From a virus (lineage: Duplodnaviria; Heunggongvirae; Uroviricota; Caudoviricetes), in the IMG/VR virus record IMGVR_UViG_3300027608_000020: a stretch of DNA of 64,000 bases; one strand, 5' to 3'. Shown here piece by piece: positions 1 through 7,101 of the stretch. Each line of letters starts with the position of its first letter. Position 1 is the stretch's first letter. Under the pieces are notes generated by a model. The model searched no databases and was not told where the DNA came from. It worked only from the letters and a program-made list of their open reading frames with translations. The position numbers were made by a program, and so were the translations under genes.

Positions 1-494
1 TTGAAGTGGAAAAAACTACAGAAGGTCCAGCATGTTCTGCGTTGTTGTTTAAAGATTATATCAACAATGACCAAGAGTTAGTCATTGCCAACTGCGATCA
101 AATTATGGAATGGAACAGTAATTTATTTTTTCATAATGTGAGATTGTATGATGGTGCAGTTGTTACATATCATAGCGATACTGAAAAAAACAGTTATGTA
201 AAACTTGACCGAGAGGGTAATGCTGTACAGTTTGCAGAAAAGGAAGTTATCAGTAACGTCAGCCTGAATGGTATCCATTATTGGCATCGAGGCAGTTACT
301 TTGTTAATAGTGCCGAAGAAATGATCAAAGCAGACGATCGTGCGCCAAACGGAGAATTCTATGTTGCTACTACATATAACTACATGATTAAAGCAAACAA
401 GTCAGTGGGCATATATCATATACCTAACGAGCAACACCATGCGGTGGGAGTGCCGGTAGACCTAGAAAGATTTTTAAAATATGAAAAAACATAA
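1..494 (+). CDS. sugar-phosphate nucleotidyltransferase-like protein, C-terminal part (5' end lies outside the window)
   Basis: ORF 6..494; F-x-EKx...GIYH layout resembles the C-terminal region of RmlA/GlmU-type NTP transferases; no start context inside the window. Confidence 0.4.
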   Translation, partial: EVEKTTEGPACSALLFKDYINNDQELVIANCDQIMEWNSNLFFHNVRLYDGAVVTYHSDTEKNSYVKLDREGNAVQFAEKEVISNVSLNGIHYWHRGSYFVNSAEEMIKADDRAPNGEFYVATTYNYMIKANKSVGIYHIPNEQHHAVGVPVDLERFLKYEKT

Positions 495-804
495 ACTTAG
501 AGACTTTCATAGAGGGTGGTTCATTGGCAACTTTGATCCTGCCGTATTAAAAACAGAAAATATAGAAGTTGGGGTACTAACACATCTTAAAGGTGAGCAG
601 TGGCCAAAGCATTATCATGCCATTGCTACCGAATACAATGTATTAGTAAAAGGCCTAATGAGGGTCAACGGAGAAACATTAGTCGAAGGTGACGTGTTTA
701 TATTTGAACCAGGCGAACCAGCCGATCCGGAATTTTTAGAAGACTGTATTGTTGTGTGCGTCAAATCACCCAGTCTACCAGGAGACAAATATGAAGTTCT
801 TTAG
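481..804 (+). CDS. cupin-domain protein
   Basis: 107 aa; HYH...E...G...GD...G..P cupin-2 motif pattern; overlaps neighbours by a few codons (operon-like). Confidence 0.6.
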   Translation: MKKHKLRDFHRGWFIGNFDPAVLKTENIEVGVLTHLKGEQWPKHYHAIATEYNVLVKGLMRVNGETLVEGDVFIFEPGEPADPEFLEDCIVVCVKSPSLPGDKYEVL

Positions 805-1984
805 AACAAGAAATGAAATAGATTTAAACAAATATTATATAGCAACTTTTGAAATGAAGTCTGCTTCTACACTTAAAGATGCCGCATGGAACCTAGCTAT
901 TGGACAAAGTGTAGGTAATCCCAATGTACGTAACGAATGGGAAACCGACGAGCTGTTTGAAAACCATAGTTGTATTATTGTAGGTGACGAAGATTGGTTA
1001 GAAAATAATGTAGTGGGAAATGTTGAAATTGCATTCCCTGTAGCTAATACAGACTGGGATACTGATGGTATCAGTCACATGCTTTGCCAATTAATGGGCG
1101 GACACGTCGACATTGATATTATTACTAAATGTCGTTTGATAAAATTAGAGTTGCCCAAAACAGTAACTGACCATTTCCTTGGACCTAAGTTTGGTTTAAG
1201 CGGGTTCCGTGAGTTTACAGGACAATATAATAAGCCGTTGCTCGGTAGTATTGTTAAGCCTAAAATTGGCATTACTCCTGAAGTATTGCTAGAGATGGTT
1301 AAACAAATGGTAGACGGTGGGGTTGATTTTATCAAAGAAGATGAAATTATGAGTAACCCTGCGTGTGCCCCATTAGATCGCAGAGTAGACATCATTGCCA
1401 ACTACCTTGCTAAACAAAGTCGTAAGGTTGTGTTCTGTCATACCATTAATGCAGACCCGCATGTTATTGTAGATCGTGTAAATCGTGTACACGAACTAGG
1501 AGGCAACGGTGTACATATTAATGTGTTCAGCGGACTTGGTGTTTATAACAGTATTCGTAAAATGAATCTACCTTTGTTCCTGCATTTTCAAAAATCTGGT
1601 GATAAAGTGTTCACAGATAAAAATCATAGGTTTAGCATAGCTTGGACTGTGATTTGTCAATTAGCAACAATGATGGGTGTAGACACCATACAAACTGGAA
1701 TGATGGGCGGATATAGTAACGACGACCCTGAAGAAATTAAACAATGCCTTGAAATACTACGGGCAGGAAATACCACTCCTGCATTGAGTTGCGGATTTCA
1801 TCCTGGACTTGTAGAAAAAATTAATTCACTTGCGGGTACGGACTATCTTGCTAACGCAGGAGGGGCTGTACACGGTCACCCTGGCGGAACTATTGCAGGT
1901 GCGGGTGCAATGCGACAAGCCATAAATAGAGAATATAGCGTTGAATATCATCAGGCTATCTCTAAATGGGGTCTTATTACATAA
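791..1984 (+). CDS. RuBisCO large-subunit-like protein (RLP/RbcL family)
   Basis: RBS GGAGA 8 nt upstream of ATG 791; KPLLGSIVKPKIGIT (cf. RbcL KPKLGLS lysine loop), GGVDFIKEDE (cf. GGLDFTKDDE), C-terminal GGAVHGHPGG (cf. GGGTLGHPWG). Confidence 0.8.
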   Translation: MKFFRTRNEIDLNKYYIATFEMKSASTLKDAAWNLAIGQSVGNPNVRNEWETDELFENHSCIIVGDEDWLENNVVGNVEIAFPVANTDWDTDGISHMLCQLMGGHVDIDIITKCRLIKLELPKTVTDHFLGPKFGLSGFREFTGQYNKPLLGSIVKPKIGITPEVLLEMVKQMVDGGVDFIKEDEIMSNPACAPLDRRVDIIANYLAKQSRKVVFCHTINADPHVIVDRVNRVHELGGNGVHINVFSGLGVYNSIRKMNLPLFLHFQKSGDKVFTDKNHRFSIAWTVICQLATMMGVDTIQTGMMGGYSNDDPEEIKQCLEILRAGNTTPALSCGFHPGLVEKINSLAGTDYLANAGGAVHGHPGGTIAGAGAMRQAINREYSVEYHQAISKWGLIT

Positions 1985-2685
1985 TGAAAATTGCAATCGT
2001 GATGACTGGGCATGTAAAGGGTTGGAAGAAAACTTATGAAGGTTTACAAAACTGTGTTCTAGGTCATCATGATGTTGACCTGTATATAAGCACATGGGAC
2101 GTAGATAATGCCGGACGAAACGGCGATAAAGATAAGTTTCCCGCAGTTGAAATTGATCCTGTTATAGAACTATACAAACCTAAAAAATATTGTATAGAAA
2201 ATCATACCAAATACCACGAAAATAGATTTCCTACAATAAGTTTTGAAGATAGAGATGATGATGTGTTCAAAGTTGACGGACATGCAAAAGGCCACGGCTC
2301 ATATTGGGTTGAAAGAATGCGTGACATGTGGTACATTATTAAACAAGGGTATCTATTAATAGACAACCCGGAAGAATACGATCTAATTATGAGACTGAGA
2401 TTTGACATAGTGTTTACCAATATTGTTTTTCAATCAACAGATGTTCCGATTTTTTTATGGGTTAACCCAGAAAAAAAACACGTTTTTGATTTATTTGGTT
2501 ACGGTCCGCCAGATGCCATGAAAATATATTTCCATGTATTTGATCACATAGAGTCTATGTACAGAAATGACAATGTAAATATTGCACACTCAGATGAAAT
2601 GCTGGGCAAGTACCTAATGACCTATAATAATATCATGCCTAAACACGATCAATCTATTACACATATCGGAGCGTGGTCTAATTGA
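1984..2685 (+). CDS. hypothetical protein
   Basis: ATG overlaps the RLP stop (TAATG); 233 aa ORF. Confidence 0.5.
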   Translation: MKIAIVMTGHVKGWKKTYEGLQNCVLGHHDVDLYISTWDVDNAGRNGDKDKFPAVEIDPVIELYKPKKYCIENHTKYHENRFPTISFEDRDDDVFKVDGHAKGHGSYWVERMRDMWYIIKQGYLLIDNPEEYDLIMRLRFDIVFTNIVFQSTDVPIFLWVNPEKKHVFDLFGYGPPDAMKIYFHVFDHIESMYRNDNVNIAHSDEMLGKYLMTYNNIMPKHDQSITHIGAWSN

Positions 2686-3137
2686 AATTAATTGCCCATC
2701 GAGGACTTGTTAACGGTCCAAACAAAACTTTAGAAAACCAACCTCATAACATACGATCTACATTAGATCAAGGGTACGACTGTGAAATTGACCTTTGGGT
2801 GTTCGGTGATCGATTGTATCTAGGACACGACGGTCCACAATACAATGTTACAAACGAATTCATAGCCAATCCTAAGTTATGGATACACGCTAAGAATCTT
2901 GAAGCCTTCTATTGGCTTACTGACACACAGTTAACATATTTCTGGCATGAAAACGATAAGTTTACGCTTACCAGTAATGGATACATTTGGTCGTACCCTG
3001 AGCAGGGTCTTACAAACAAAAGTATACGACTAATGCCCGAATGGGCAGATCCGGAGTTGACAACAGTAAAAGAGAGTGTATGCTATGGAGTGTGTAGTGA
3101 TTACATTCTAAAAATAAATCAGCTACTTAGTGGCTAA
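2682..3137 (+). CDS. glycerophosphodiester phosphodiesterase (GDPD)-like protein
   Basis: N-terminal IAHRG motif with downstream E/D/H residues; apparent TTG start overlapping the upstream stop; GGAGCG 8 nt upstream. Confidence 0.5.
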   Translation: MKLIAHRGLVNGPNKTLENQPHNIRSTLDQGYDCEIDLWVFGDRLYLGHDGPQYNVTNEFIANPKLWIHAKNLEAFYWLTDTQLTYFWHENDKFTLTSNGYIWSYPEQGLTNKSIRLMPEWADPELTTVKESVCYGVCSDYILKINQLLSG

Positions 3138-3155
3138 TTTACAACACCACTGGGG

Positions 3156-3184
3156 TTGACAGAGATAAATAAACACTATATAAT
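3156..3184 (+). promoter_or_regulatory. sigma70-like promoter TTGACA-17-TATAAT
   Basis: exact consensus hexamers with 17-nt spacer. Confidence 0.55.
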
Positions 3185-3249
3185 AAATACTTAGACGGTT
3201 AGGAAAGTAAGTTGTTAAAAACTATTTTGTTCAAAAGAGCAAATAGGGG

Positions 3250-3278
3250 TTGACAACAGAACTAAATAACTGTATAAT
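3250..3278 (+). promoter_or_regulatory. sigma70-like promoter TTGACA-17-TATAAT
   Basis: exact consensus hexamers with 17-nt spacer, 70 nt downstream of the previous promoter. Confidence 0.55.
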
Positions 3279-3519
3279 TAACACATAGACAGCAATAATG
3301 CTGTTTGTGAATTTAAGGAAATTGGAAACAAAAATGCAATCATTTGTAAGTCATCAGCAATTTAATACGATGCCCAAACTGGCAGGTGTAATAGCCTGTT
3401 CTTGGTTATCGATTAATGGCGGAAGTCTATCATATGATCGTACACCAGAGATTCGCAGGGTCCGGAGGACTGTCGTGTAACACACAAGTTAACACAACAA
3501 ACTTCAAGGACCCTAGGAT

Positions 3520-3545
3520 TAAAAACCCTGGGGTTTTTTGTTTTC
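3520..3545. terminator. hairpin plus T-run (aaaaaccctggggtttttt), possibly bidirectional
   Basis: A-run / GC hairpin / T-run arrangement. Confidence 0.4.
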
Positions 3546-3556
3546 CGCAAGGAAAG

Positions 3557-3727
3557 ATGACAGAAATAGACATACGAAAACGTATTAAAGAAGCAGAGTT
3601 TACTAGACAGCATACTATTAGTCCAGAACAATTTAAAAAATTGATCGAAGACAAAATGGCTCGTGCTAAACAGTACAGCAATGCAAGGTGCAACAAAGTG
3701 GAAACGAGGTCCACGCAACACACCTAA
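3557..3727 (+). CDS. small hypothetical protein (56 aa)
   Basis: AAGGAAAG RBS upstream of ATG; part of ORF-track 3416..3727 downstream of the terminator. Confidence 0.25.
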   Translation: MTEIDIRKRIKEAEFTRQHTISPEQFKKLIEDKMARAKQYSNARCNKVETRSTQHT

Positions 3728-3920
3728 ACTAGTTGCAAACGGGCGGCGTACCGGATGGCTTATCCTTATGTGGATAAAAAAATGGTTACGTATTAAAGCA
3801 TTCTCTATCCTCCACAAGAGGTGACAAGTGGGTTCATCCATGTAGAGTGCTTTAATACACACATTCTATTTCACCTTTTGACGGTGTCAAAACGCATAGC
3901 GGAGAGTGTGTAACAATTTT

Positions 3921-4009
3921 GGGAGCCTGTTCCCCTCAGCGGACTGTAAATCCGTTGCCTTTAATTGGGGGGTGGCTGGCGGATGGTTCGATTCCTTCAG
4001 GCTCCACCA
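3921..4009 (+). tRNA. tRNA-Tyr(GTA), long variable arm
   Basis: anticodon arm gcgga-ctGTAaa-tccgt; T-arm GGTTCGATTCC; CCA encoded. Confidence 0.65.
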
Positions 4010-4015
4010 AGTTAT

Positions 4016-4090
4016 GCCGTTGTAGTCCTCTGGGAGGGCACTGGATTGTCTATCCAATTAAGGCGGGTTCGATTCCCGTCGACGGCGCCA
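4016..4090 (+). tRNA. tRNA-like, Asp(GTC)-like, atypical (weak D stem, U37)
   Basis: 7-bp acceptor gccgttg/cgacggc, T-arm gcggg-ttcgatt-cccgt, loop ttGTCta; likely a degenerate duplicate of the canonical Asp at 4746. Confidence 0.45.
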
Positions 4091-4097
4091 ATTTTAT

Positions 4098-4173
4098 TCC
4101 CCAGTAGCACAGCGGTAGTTGCACTTGACTGTTAATCAAGGTGTCGGTAGTTCGATCCTACCCTGGGGAGCCA
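4098..4173 (+). tRNA. tRNA-Asn(GTT)
   Basis: anticodon arm cttga-ctGTTaa-tcaag; acceptor tccccag/ctgggga; CCA. Confidence 0.75.
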
Positions 4174-4253
4174 ATTAATAAACATATTAGACGTCTGGCT
4201 AGTCCTTGGAGGCTAGTGGAATGTAGTTCTCCGGGCTAGTATGTTTTTTAATT

Positions 4254-4329
4254 GGGCTGGTAGTGATACTGGGGTACACGGGGCACTTGCAATGCTCAGA
4301 TTGGAGTTCGATCCTCCACCGGTCCACCA
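4254..4329 (+). tRNA. tRNA-Ala(TGC)
   Basis: loop ctTGCaa; G3:U70 pair in the acceptor stem (Ala identity); CCA. Confidence 0.7.
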
Positions 4330-4336
4330 AGTTAAT

Positions 4337-4422
4337 GGATAGTTGTGCGCTGGGCGCAAGCTGGTTTGCTAAACCGGTCTATTGTGAAAACGGTAACAGT
4401 TCGATTCTGTATCTATCCACCA
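4337..4422 (+). tRNA. tRNA-Ser(GCT), class II
   Basis: anticodon arm ctggt-ttGCTaa-accgg; long variable arm; CCA. Confidence 0.65.
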
Positions 4423-4428
4423 GTTTGT

Positions 4429-4504
4429 TGCGGGTAAGGTCTGGTCACTACTCCGGTCTCATAAGCCAGGAGCATCGTTGGTTCGAATCCAACACCCGCT
4501 ACCA
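4429..4504 (+). tRNA. tRNA-Met or Ile2 (CAT)
   Basis: loop ctCATaa; T-arm gttgg-ttcgaat-ccaac; 1:72 U.U mismatch; CCA. Confidence 0.6.
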
Positions 4505-4509
4505 ATTTT

Positions 4510-4569
4510 AGGATCAGTTCAGCAAACTTAAAAACTTTTTTATTATTCAAAAAAACCAAAGTTGATCCT
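4510..4569. repeat. array spacer hairpin, copy 1 (TTTTAGG-atca-GTTCAGCAAA...tgat-CCTGTTGTATTT)
   Basis: 7-bp stem aggatca/tgatcct enclosing an AT-rich loop; flanks conserved with the other copies. Confidence 0.6.
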
Positions 4570-4578
4570 GTTGTATTT

Positions 4579-4652
4579 CCTCTTGTAGTTAAATGGTATA
4601 ACAGTCGGCTGATAACCGGCCATTACAAGTTCGATTCTTGTCGAGAGGACCA
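4579..4652 (+). tRNA. tRNA-Ile(GAT)
   Basis: anticodon arm gtcgg-ctGATaa-ccggc; CCA. Confidence 0.75.
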
Positions 4653-4660
4653 ATTTTTAT

Positions 4661-4738
4661 GTAGGTGTGGCGGAGTGGCCCAACGCAACGGTCTGCAAAA
4701 TCGTAAAACCGTCAGTTCAAATCTGACCACCTACTCCA
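4661..4738 (+). tRNA. tRNA-Cys(GCA)
   Basis: anticodon arm acggt-ctGCAaa-atcgt; T-arm gtcag-ttcaaat-ctgac; acceptor gtaggtg/cacctac; CCA. Confidence 0.65.
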
Positions 4739-4745
4739 AGTTAAT

Positions 4746-4822
4746 GCTCCGGTAGTGTAGCGGTTTATCACGCAACCCTGTCACGGTTGAGGTCACGGGT
4801 TCGATTCCCGTCCGGGGCGCCA
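4746..4822 (+). tRNA. tRNA-Asp(GTC)
   Basis: caacc-ctGTCac-ggttg; close to E. coli tRNA-Asp; CCA. Confidence 0.8.
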
Positions 4823-4827
4823 GTTTT

Positions 4828-4877
4828 AGGATCAGTTCAGCAAACTTAAGCAACTTTCTTTTATCCAGAAACTAAAA
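4828..4877. repeat. array spacer hairpin, copy 2
   Basis: same motif and same stem (aggatca/tgatcct) as copy 1. Confidence 0.6.
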
Positions 4878-4897
4878 AGTTGATCCTGTTGTATTTT

Positions 4898-4972
4898 ACT
4901 CACGTCGTCTAGTGGCTAGGACGCTACCCTTTCAAGGTGGAGAAGCGGGATCGATACCCGTCGTGAGTACCA
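4898..4972 (+). tRNA. tRNA-Glu(TTC)
   Basis: ctacc-ctTTCaa-ggtgg; TCGTCTAG D region as in bacterial tRNA-Glu; CCA. Confidence 0.7.
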
Positions 4973-4978
4973 ATTTTT

Positions 4979-5052
4979 GCCCTTTTAGTTAAATGGTATA
5001 ACAACTGTTTTGTAATCAGTAATTGGCAGTTCGATTCTGTCATGGGGCACCA
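4979..5052 (+). tRNA. tRNA-Thr(TGT)
   Basis: loop ttTGTaa; acceptor gcccttt/atggggc; CCA. Confidence 0.6.
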
Positions 5053-5058
5053 ATTTAT

Positions 5059-5133
5059 GTATCCTTAGTGTTAACGGCAGCACGACAGTCTCCAAAACTG
5101 CTAGTGGGAGTTCAAATCTCTCAGGGTACGCCA
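5059..5133 (+). tRNA. tRNA-Trp(CCA)
   Basis: agtCTCCAAAactg as in E. coli tRNA-Trp; T-arm gggag-ttcaaat-ctctc; CCA. Confidence 0.75.
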
Positions 5134-5138
5134 TTTTT

Positions 5139-5193
5139 AGGTTGCGTTCAGCAAATTCAAAAATTCAACTTTTAATTGAAAAATAAGCAACCT
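5139..5193. repeat. array spacer hairpin, copy 3 (covarying stem aggttgc/gcaacct)
   Basis: same flanks TTTTAGG...GTTCAGCAAA...CCTGTTATTTT with compensatory changes in the 4 inner stem pairs. Confidence 0.6.
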
Positions 5194-5203
5194 GTTATTT
5201 TGT

Positions 5204-5277
5204 TGGGGCATTGTGTAATGGTAGCACAACAGACTTTGACTCTGTTAGTTTAGGTTCGATCCCTAATGCCCCTGCCA
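5204..5277 (+). tRNA. tRNA-Gln(TTG)
   Basis: acaga-ctTTGac-tctgt; weak 1:72 pair and G73 as in bacterial tRNA-Gln; CCA. Confidence 0.75.
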
Positions 5278-5284
5278 GTTTTAT

Positions 5285-5360
5285 CTCTCTTTCGGTTAGC
5301 GGCTATGCCACCTGGTTTGGGGCCAGGATTTCGTGGGTTCGAGTCCCACAGGAGAGACCA
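5285..5360 (+). tRNA. tRNA-Pro(TGG)-like, atypical D-arm
   Basis: cctgg-ttTGGgg-ccagg; T-arm gtggg-ttcgagt-cccac; D region does not fold canonically; canonical Pro(TGG) at 10540. Confidence 0.5.
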
Positions 5361-5368
5361 AGTTCTAT

Positions 5369-5444
5369 GGTGTTAGTAGTGTAGTGGTCTGCACATTGCT
5401 CTGTGAAAGCGATAGTATGGGATCGTTCCCCATCTAACACCCCA
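5369..5444 (+). tRNA. tRNA-His(GTG) with encoded G-1
   Basis: ttgct-ctGTGaa-agcga; extra 5' G opposite C73; CCA. Confidence 0.75.
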
Positions 5445-5455
5445 ATAAGTTTTAT

Positions 5456-5531
5456 GCCAAGATAGCTCATCAGGTAGAGCACCAGTTTGAAGCATTGGGT
5501 GTGGTTGGTTCGAGTCCAACTCTTGGTACCA
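5456..5531 (+). tRNA. tRNA-Phe(GAA)
   Basis: ccagt-ttGAAgc-attgg; GATAGCTCA D region; CCA. Confidence 0.75.
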
Positions 5532-5536
5532 GTTTT

Positions 5537-5647
5537 AGGATAGGTTCAGCAAATAACTTAACTACTTCTCTTGAAAAGAAAAGGAACGGTTCGACTCCGT
5601 AGCCGCAAGGTTTGGTGTAACGGTAGCACTATGTTAAAAACTATCCT
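5537..5647. repeat. array spacer hairpin, copy 4 (stem aggatag/ctatcct), enlarged loop carrying a tRNA T-arm-like fragment
   Basis: TTTTAGGATAGGTTCAGCAAA...CTATCCTGTTATTTT; loop includes ggaacGGTTCGACTCCgt and a D-arm-like tggtgtaacggtagcac that do not assemble into a cloverleaf. Confidence 0.5.
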
Positions 5648-5668
5648 GTTATTTTAAAAGGAAATCAA

Positions 5669-5797
5669 ATGGCAAATGTCAAAAAAGGTAACCTAACAGC
5701 GCCTCCACAATGGTGGAAGCATTTGAAAGATTGGAAACGAGTGTTCTGGAAATCAGAACGCCAAGCACAGAAACGTAACATTAAACAAGGAGAATGA
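5669..5797 (+). CDS. small basic hypothetical protein (42 aa) inside the tRNA array
   Basis: AAAGGAAA RBS then ATG; MANVKKGNLTAPPQWWKHLKDWKRVFWKSERQAQKRNIKQGE. Confidence 0.25.
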   Translation: MANVKKGNLTAPPQWWKHLKDWKRVFWKSERQAQKRNIKQGE

Positions 5798-5883
5798 CAT
5801 GAAACGTTCAGGTAAACGATAGTGTCATCCTAGACCCCCGTATGGTCCTGGATGGCACGTGAAAGACAATTCTTTACGATCCA

Positions 5884-5959
5884 TCCACAGCTGGCGTTAA
5901 CGGTAGCGTACTCGGCTCTTAACCGATGAGGTGTCAGTTCAAATCTGACGCTGTGGACC
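5884..5959 (+). tRNA. tRNA-Lys(CTT)
   Basis: tcgg-ctCTTaa-ccga; acceptor ccacagc/gctgtgg; T-arm gtcag-ttcaaat-ctgac; CCA. Confidence 0.6.
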
Positions 5960-5962
5960 ATA

Positions 5963-6036
5963 TGGGGGTAAAACTTTAAGGTGAAGTACCGGACTTTTAA
6001 TCCGGCTAACTCGGATCGTTACCGAGTACCCCTACC
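5963..6036 (+). tRNA. tRNA-Lys(TTT)
   Basis: ccgga-ctTTTaa-tccgg; acceptor gggggta/tacccct; CCA. Confidence 0.75.
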
Positions 6037-6113
6037 ATATAAAAACACACTGGTCTACCGCCACCGAGAGGTAGTTAAAGACAATGACAAGCAACAGCCA
6101 GTGTGTTTCTATA
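6037..6113. repeat. long hairpin H1 (about 19-bp stem tATAAAAACACACTGG / CCAGTGTGTTTCTATa enclosing about 43 nt)
   Basis: near-perfect inverted repeat starting right at the CCA of tRNA-Lys(TTT). Confidence 0.6.
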
Positions 6114-6118
6114 TGGTG

Positions 6119-6192
6119 ACTATATAAAAACACGCTCGCGGCTCCCGGGGCTGGGGGTACGTTGTACGACTACCCTAGAGTGTGTTTCTATA
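6119..6192. repeat. long hairpin H2 (ctATATAAAAACACgctc / gagtGTGTTTCTATATgg), tandem to H1
   Basis: second inverted repeat of the same sequence family with a GC-rich loop; ends at the 5' end of the next tRNA. Confidence 0.55.
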
Positions 6193-6268
6193 TGGTAACG
6201 TAGCATAGTGGCTAATGCACCACCTTCATACGGTGTTTATCGTGAGTTCGAGTCTCACCGTTACTACC
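6193..6268 (+). tRNA. tRNA-Met or Ile2 (CAT)
   Basis: cacc-ttCATac-ggtg; T-arm gtgag-ttcgagt-ctcac; CCA. Confidence 0.65.
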
Positions 6269-6273
6269 AATTT

Positions 6274-6349
6274 TGCCCCTTTCGTATAATGGATAATACA
6301 CTAGGCTACGAACCTGGGAATGGTGGTTCGATTCCATCAGGGGGCACCA
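6274..6349 (+). tRNA. tRNA-Arg(ACG)
   Basis: ctagg-ctACGaa-cctgg; D stem gtat/atac; CCA. Confidence 0.75.
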
Positions 6350-6582
6350 AGTTTTGTAAGTGTCAGCAAGTGAAGTCACGCTGTCTAGGTTTCTTCGAAG
6401 GACCAAAGCAGTAAAAGGCAAATGGGTTCAACTCCCACCCGCGGGGAACTGCGGAGGTCCGTAACGGGGACTACGCTGGATGGATCCCAAGTGATATCCA
6501 TCGTGCTCGAGGTCAGGCTAGGCGGCCGGTAAGTCCTGAATAAATCTACGATAAATGCGGCGTAGGCTTACAAATTCAATAT

Positions 6583-6658
6583 GTCCCTATCGTCTAGTGG
6601 CCTAGGACACCAGCCTTTCACGTTGGGTACACGAGTTCGAATCTCGTTAGGGACGCCA
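6583..6658 (+). tRNA. tRNA-Glu(TTC), second copy
   Basis: ccagc-ctTTCac-gttgg; TCGTCTAGTGG D region; perfect acceptor gtcccta/tagggac; CCA. Confidence 0.75.
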
Positions 6659-6674
6659 TATATAGGAGTAGATC

Positions 6675-6848
6675 ATGAAAACATTATTTTTTGAAAATGT
6701 CTTTAACAAAGAAAAATTCTATTGTAAAGACACCAAAGACATCCGTGTAATAGACGGCATAGAATATCTACGAGTTTTTAAAGATGGCACACAACGAGAT
6801 TGTCTAGTAAAGAAAGATAGTCTTAGAAAAGTACAAGAAAAGAAATAA
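6675..6848 (+). CDS. small hypothetical protein (57 aa) inside the tRNA array
   Basis: AGGAG RBS 6 nt upstream of ATG; MKTLFFENVFNKEKFYCKDTKDIRVIDGIEYLRVFKDGTQRDCLVKKDSLRKVQEKK. Confidence 0.3.
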   Translation: MKTLFFENVFNKEKFYCKDTKDIRVIDGIEYLRVFKDGTQRDCLVKKDSLRKVQEKK

Positions 6849-6849
6849 T

Positions 6850-6923
6850 GCTTCGGTAGTTTAATGGCAGAACAATGCCGTGACATGGCGTAGATGGGAG
6901 TTCAATTCTCCAACGAAGTACCA
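6850..6923 (+). tRNA. tRNA-Val(GAC)
   Basis: atgcc-gtGACat-ggcgt (cf. E. coli ccttGACatgg); CCA. Confidence 0.65.
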
Positions 6924-6928
6924 ATTAT

Positions 6929-7004
6929 GCGGGTAAGGTGTTTATGGATACACATCAGTCTTCCAAACTGAAGTAGACCGGTTCGATACCGGCTACCCGC
7001 TCCA
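6929..7004 (+). tRNA. tRNA-Gly(TCC)
   Basis: tcagt-ctTCCaa-actga; acceptor gcgggta/tacccgc; CCA. Confidence 0.75.
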
Positions 7005-7005
7005 T

Positions 7006-7094
7006 GGGGGGTTATCGGGGCTGGGCCCTGCGCTGTCTTGAAAACAGATGGACTTTTAACGAGGTTGGAGTTCGATTCTACCATCCCCCCGCCA
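7006..7094 (+). tRNA. tRNA-Ser(TGA), class II (imperfect T stem)
   Basis: ctgt-ctTGAaa-acag as in bacterial tRNA-Ser(UGA); long variable arm; 6-bp G-C acceptor; CCA. Confidence 0.5.
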
Positions 7095-7101
7095 AATTAT
7101 T

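Noticed and set aside
1075-1401. minus-strand ORFs inside annotated + strand genes (1075..1401, 1826..2095, 2202..2420, 29847..30104, 31086..31412, 31761..32156, 35416..35697, 39070..39471, 52766..53029 and similar)
   Set aside because: They lie antisense within well-supported coding regions, have no RBS and show low-complexity or odd composition. They are typical shadow ORFs.
5581-5640. possible additional tRNA (T-arm ggaacGGTTCGACTCCgt plus D-arm-like tggtgtaacggtagcac)
   Set aside because: No acceptor pairing partner or anticodon arm could be found. It was treated as a tRNA fragment inside repeat copy 4.
3919-7084. ORF-track ORFs overlapping the tRNA array (3919..4107, 4263..4511, 6208..6414, 6212..6421, 6902..7084)
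   Set aside because: They coincide exactly with tRNA genes. Their high-G+C codon composition is an artefact of the tRNA sequence.
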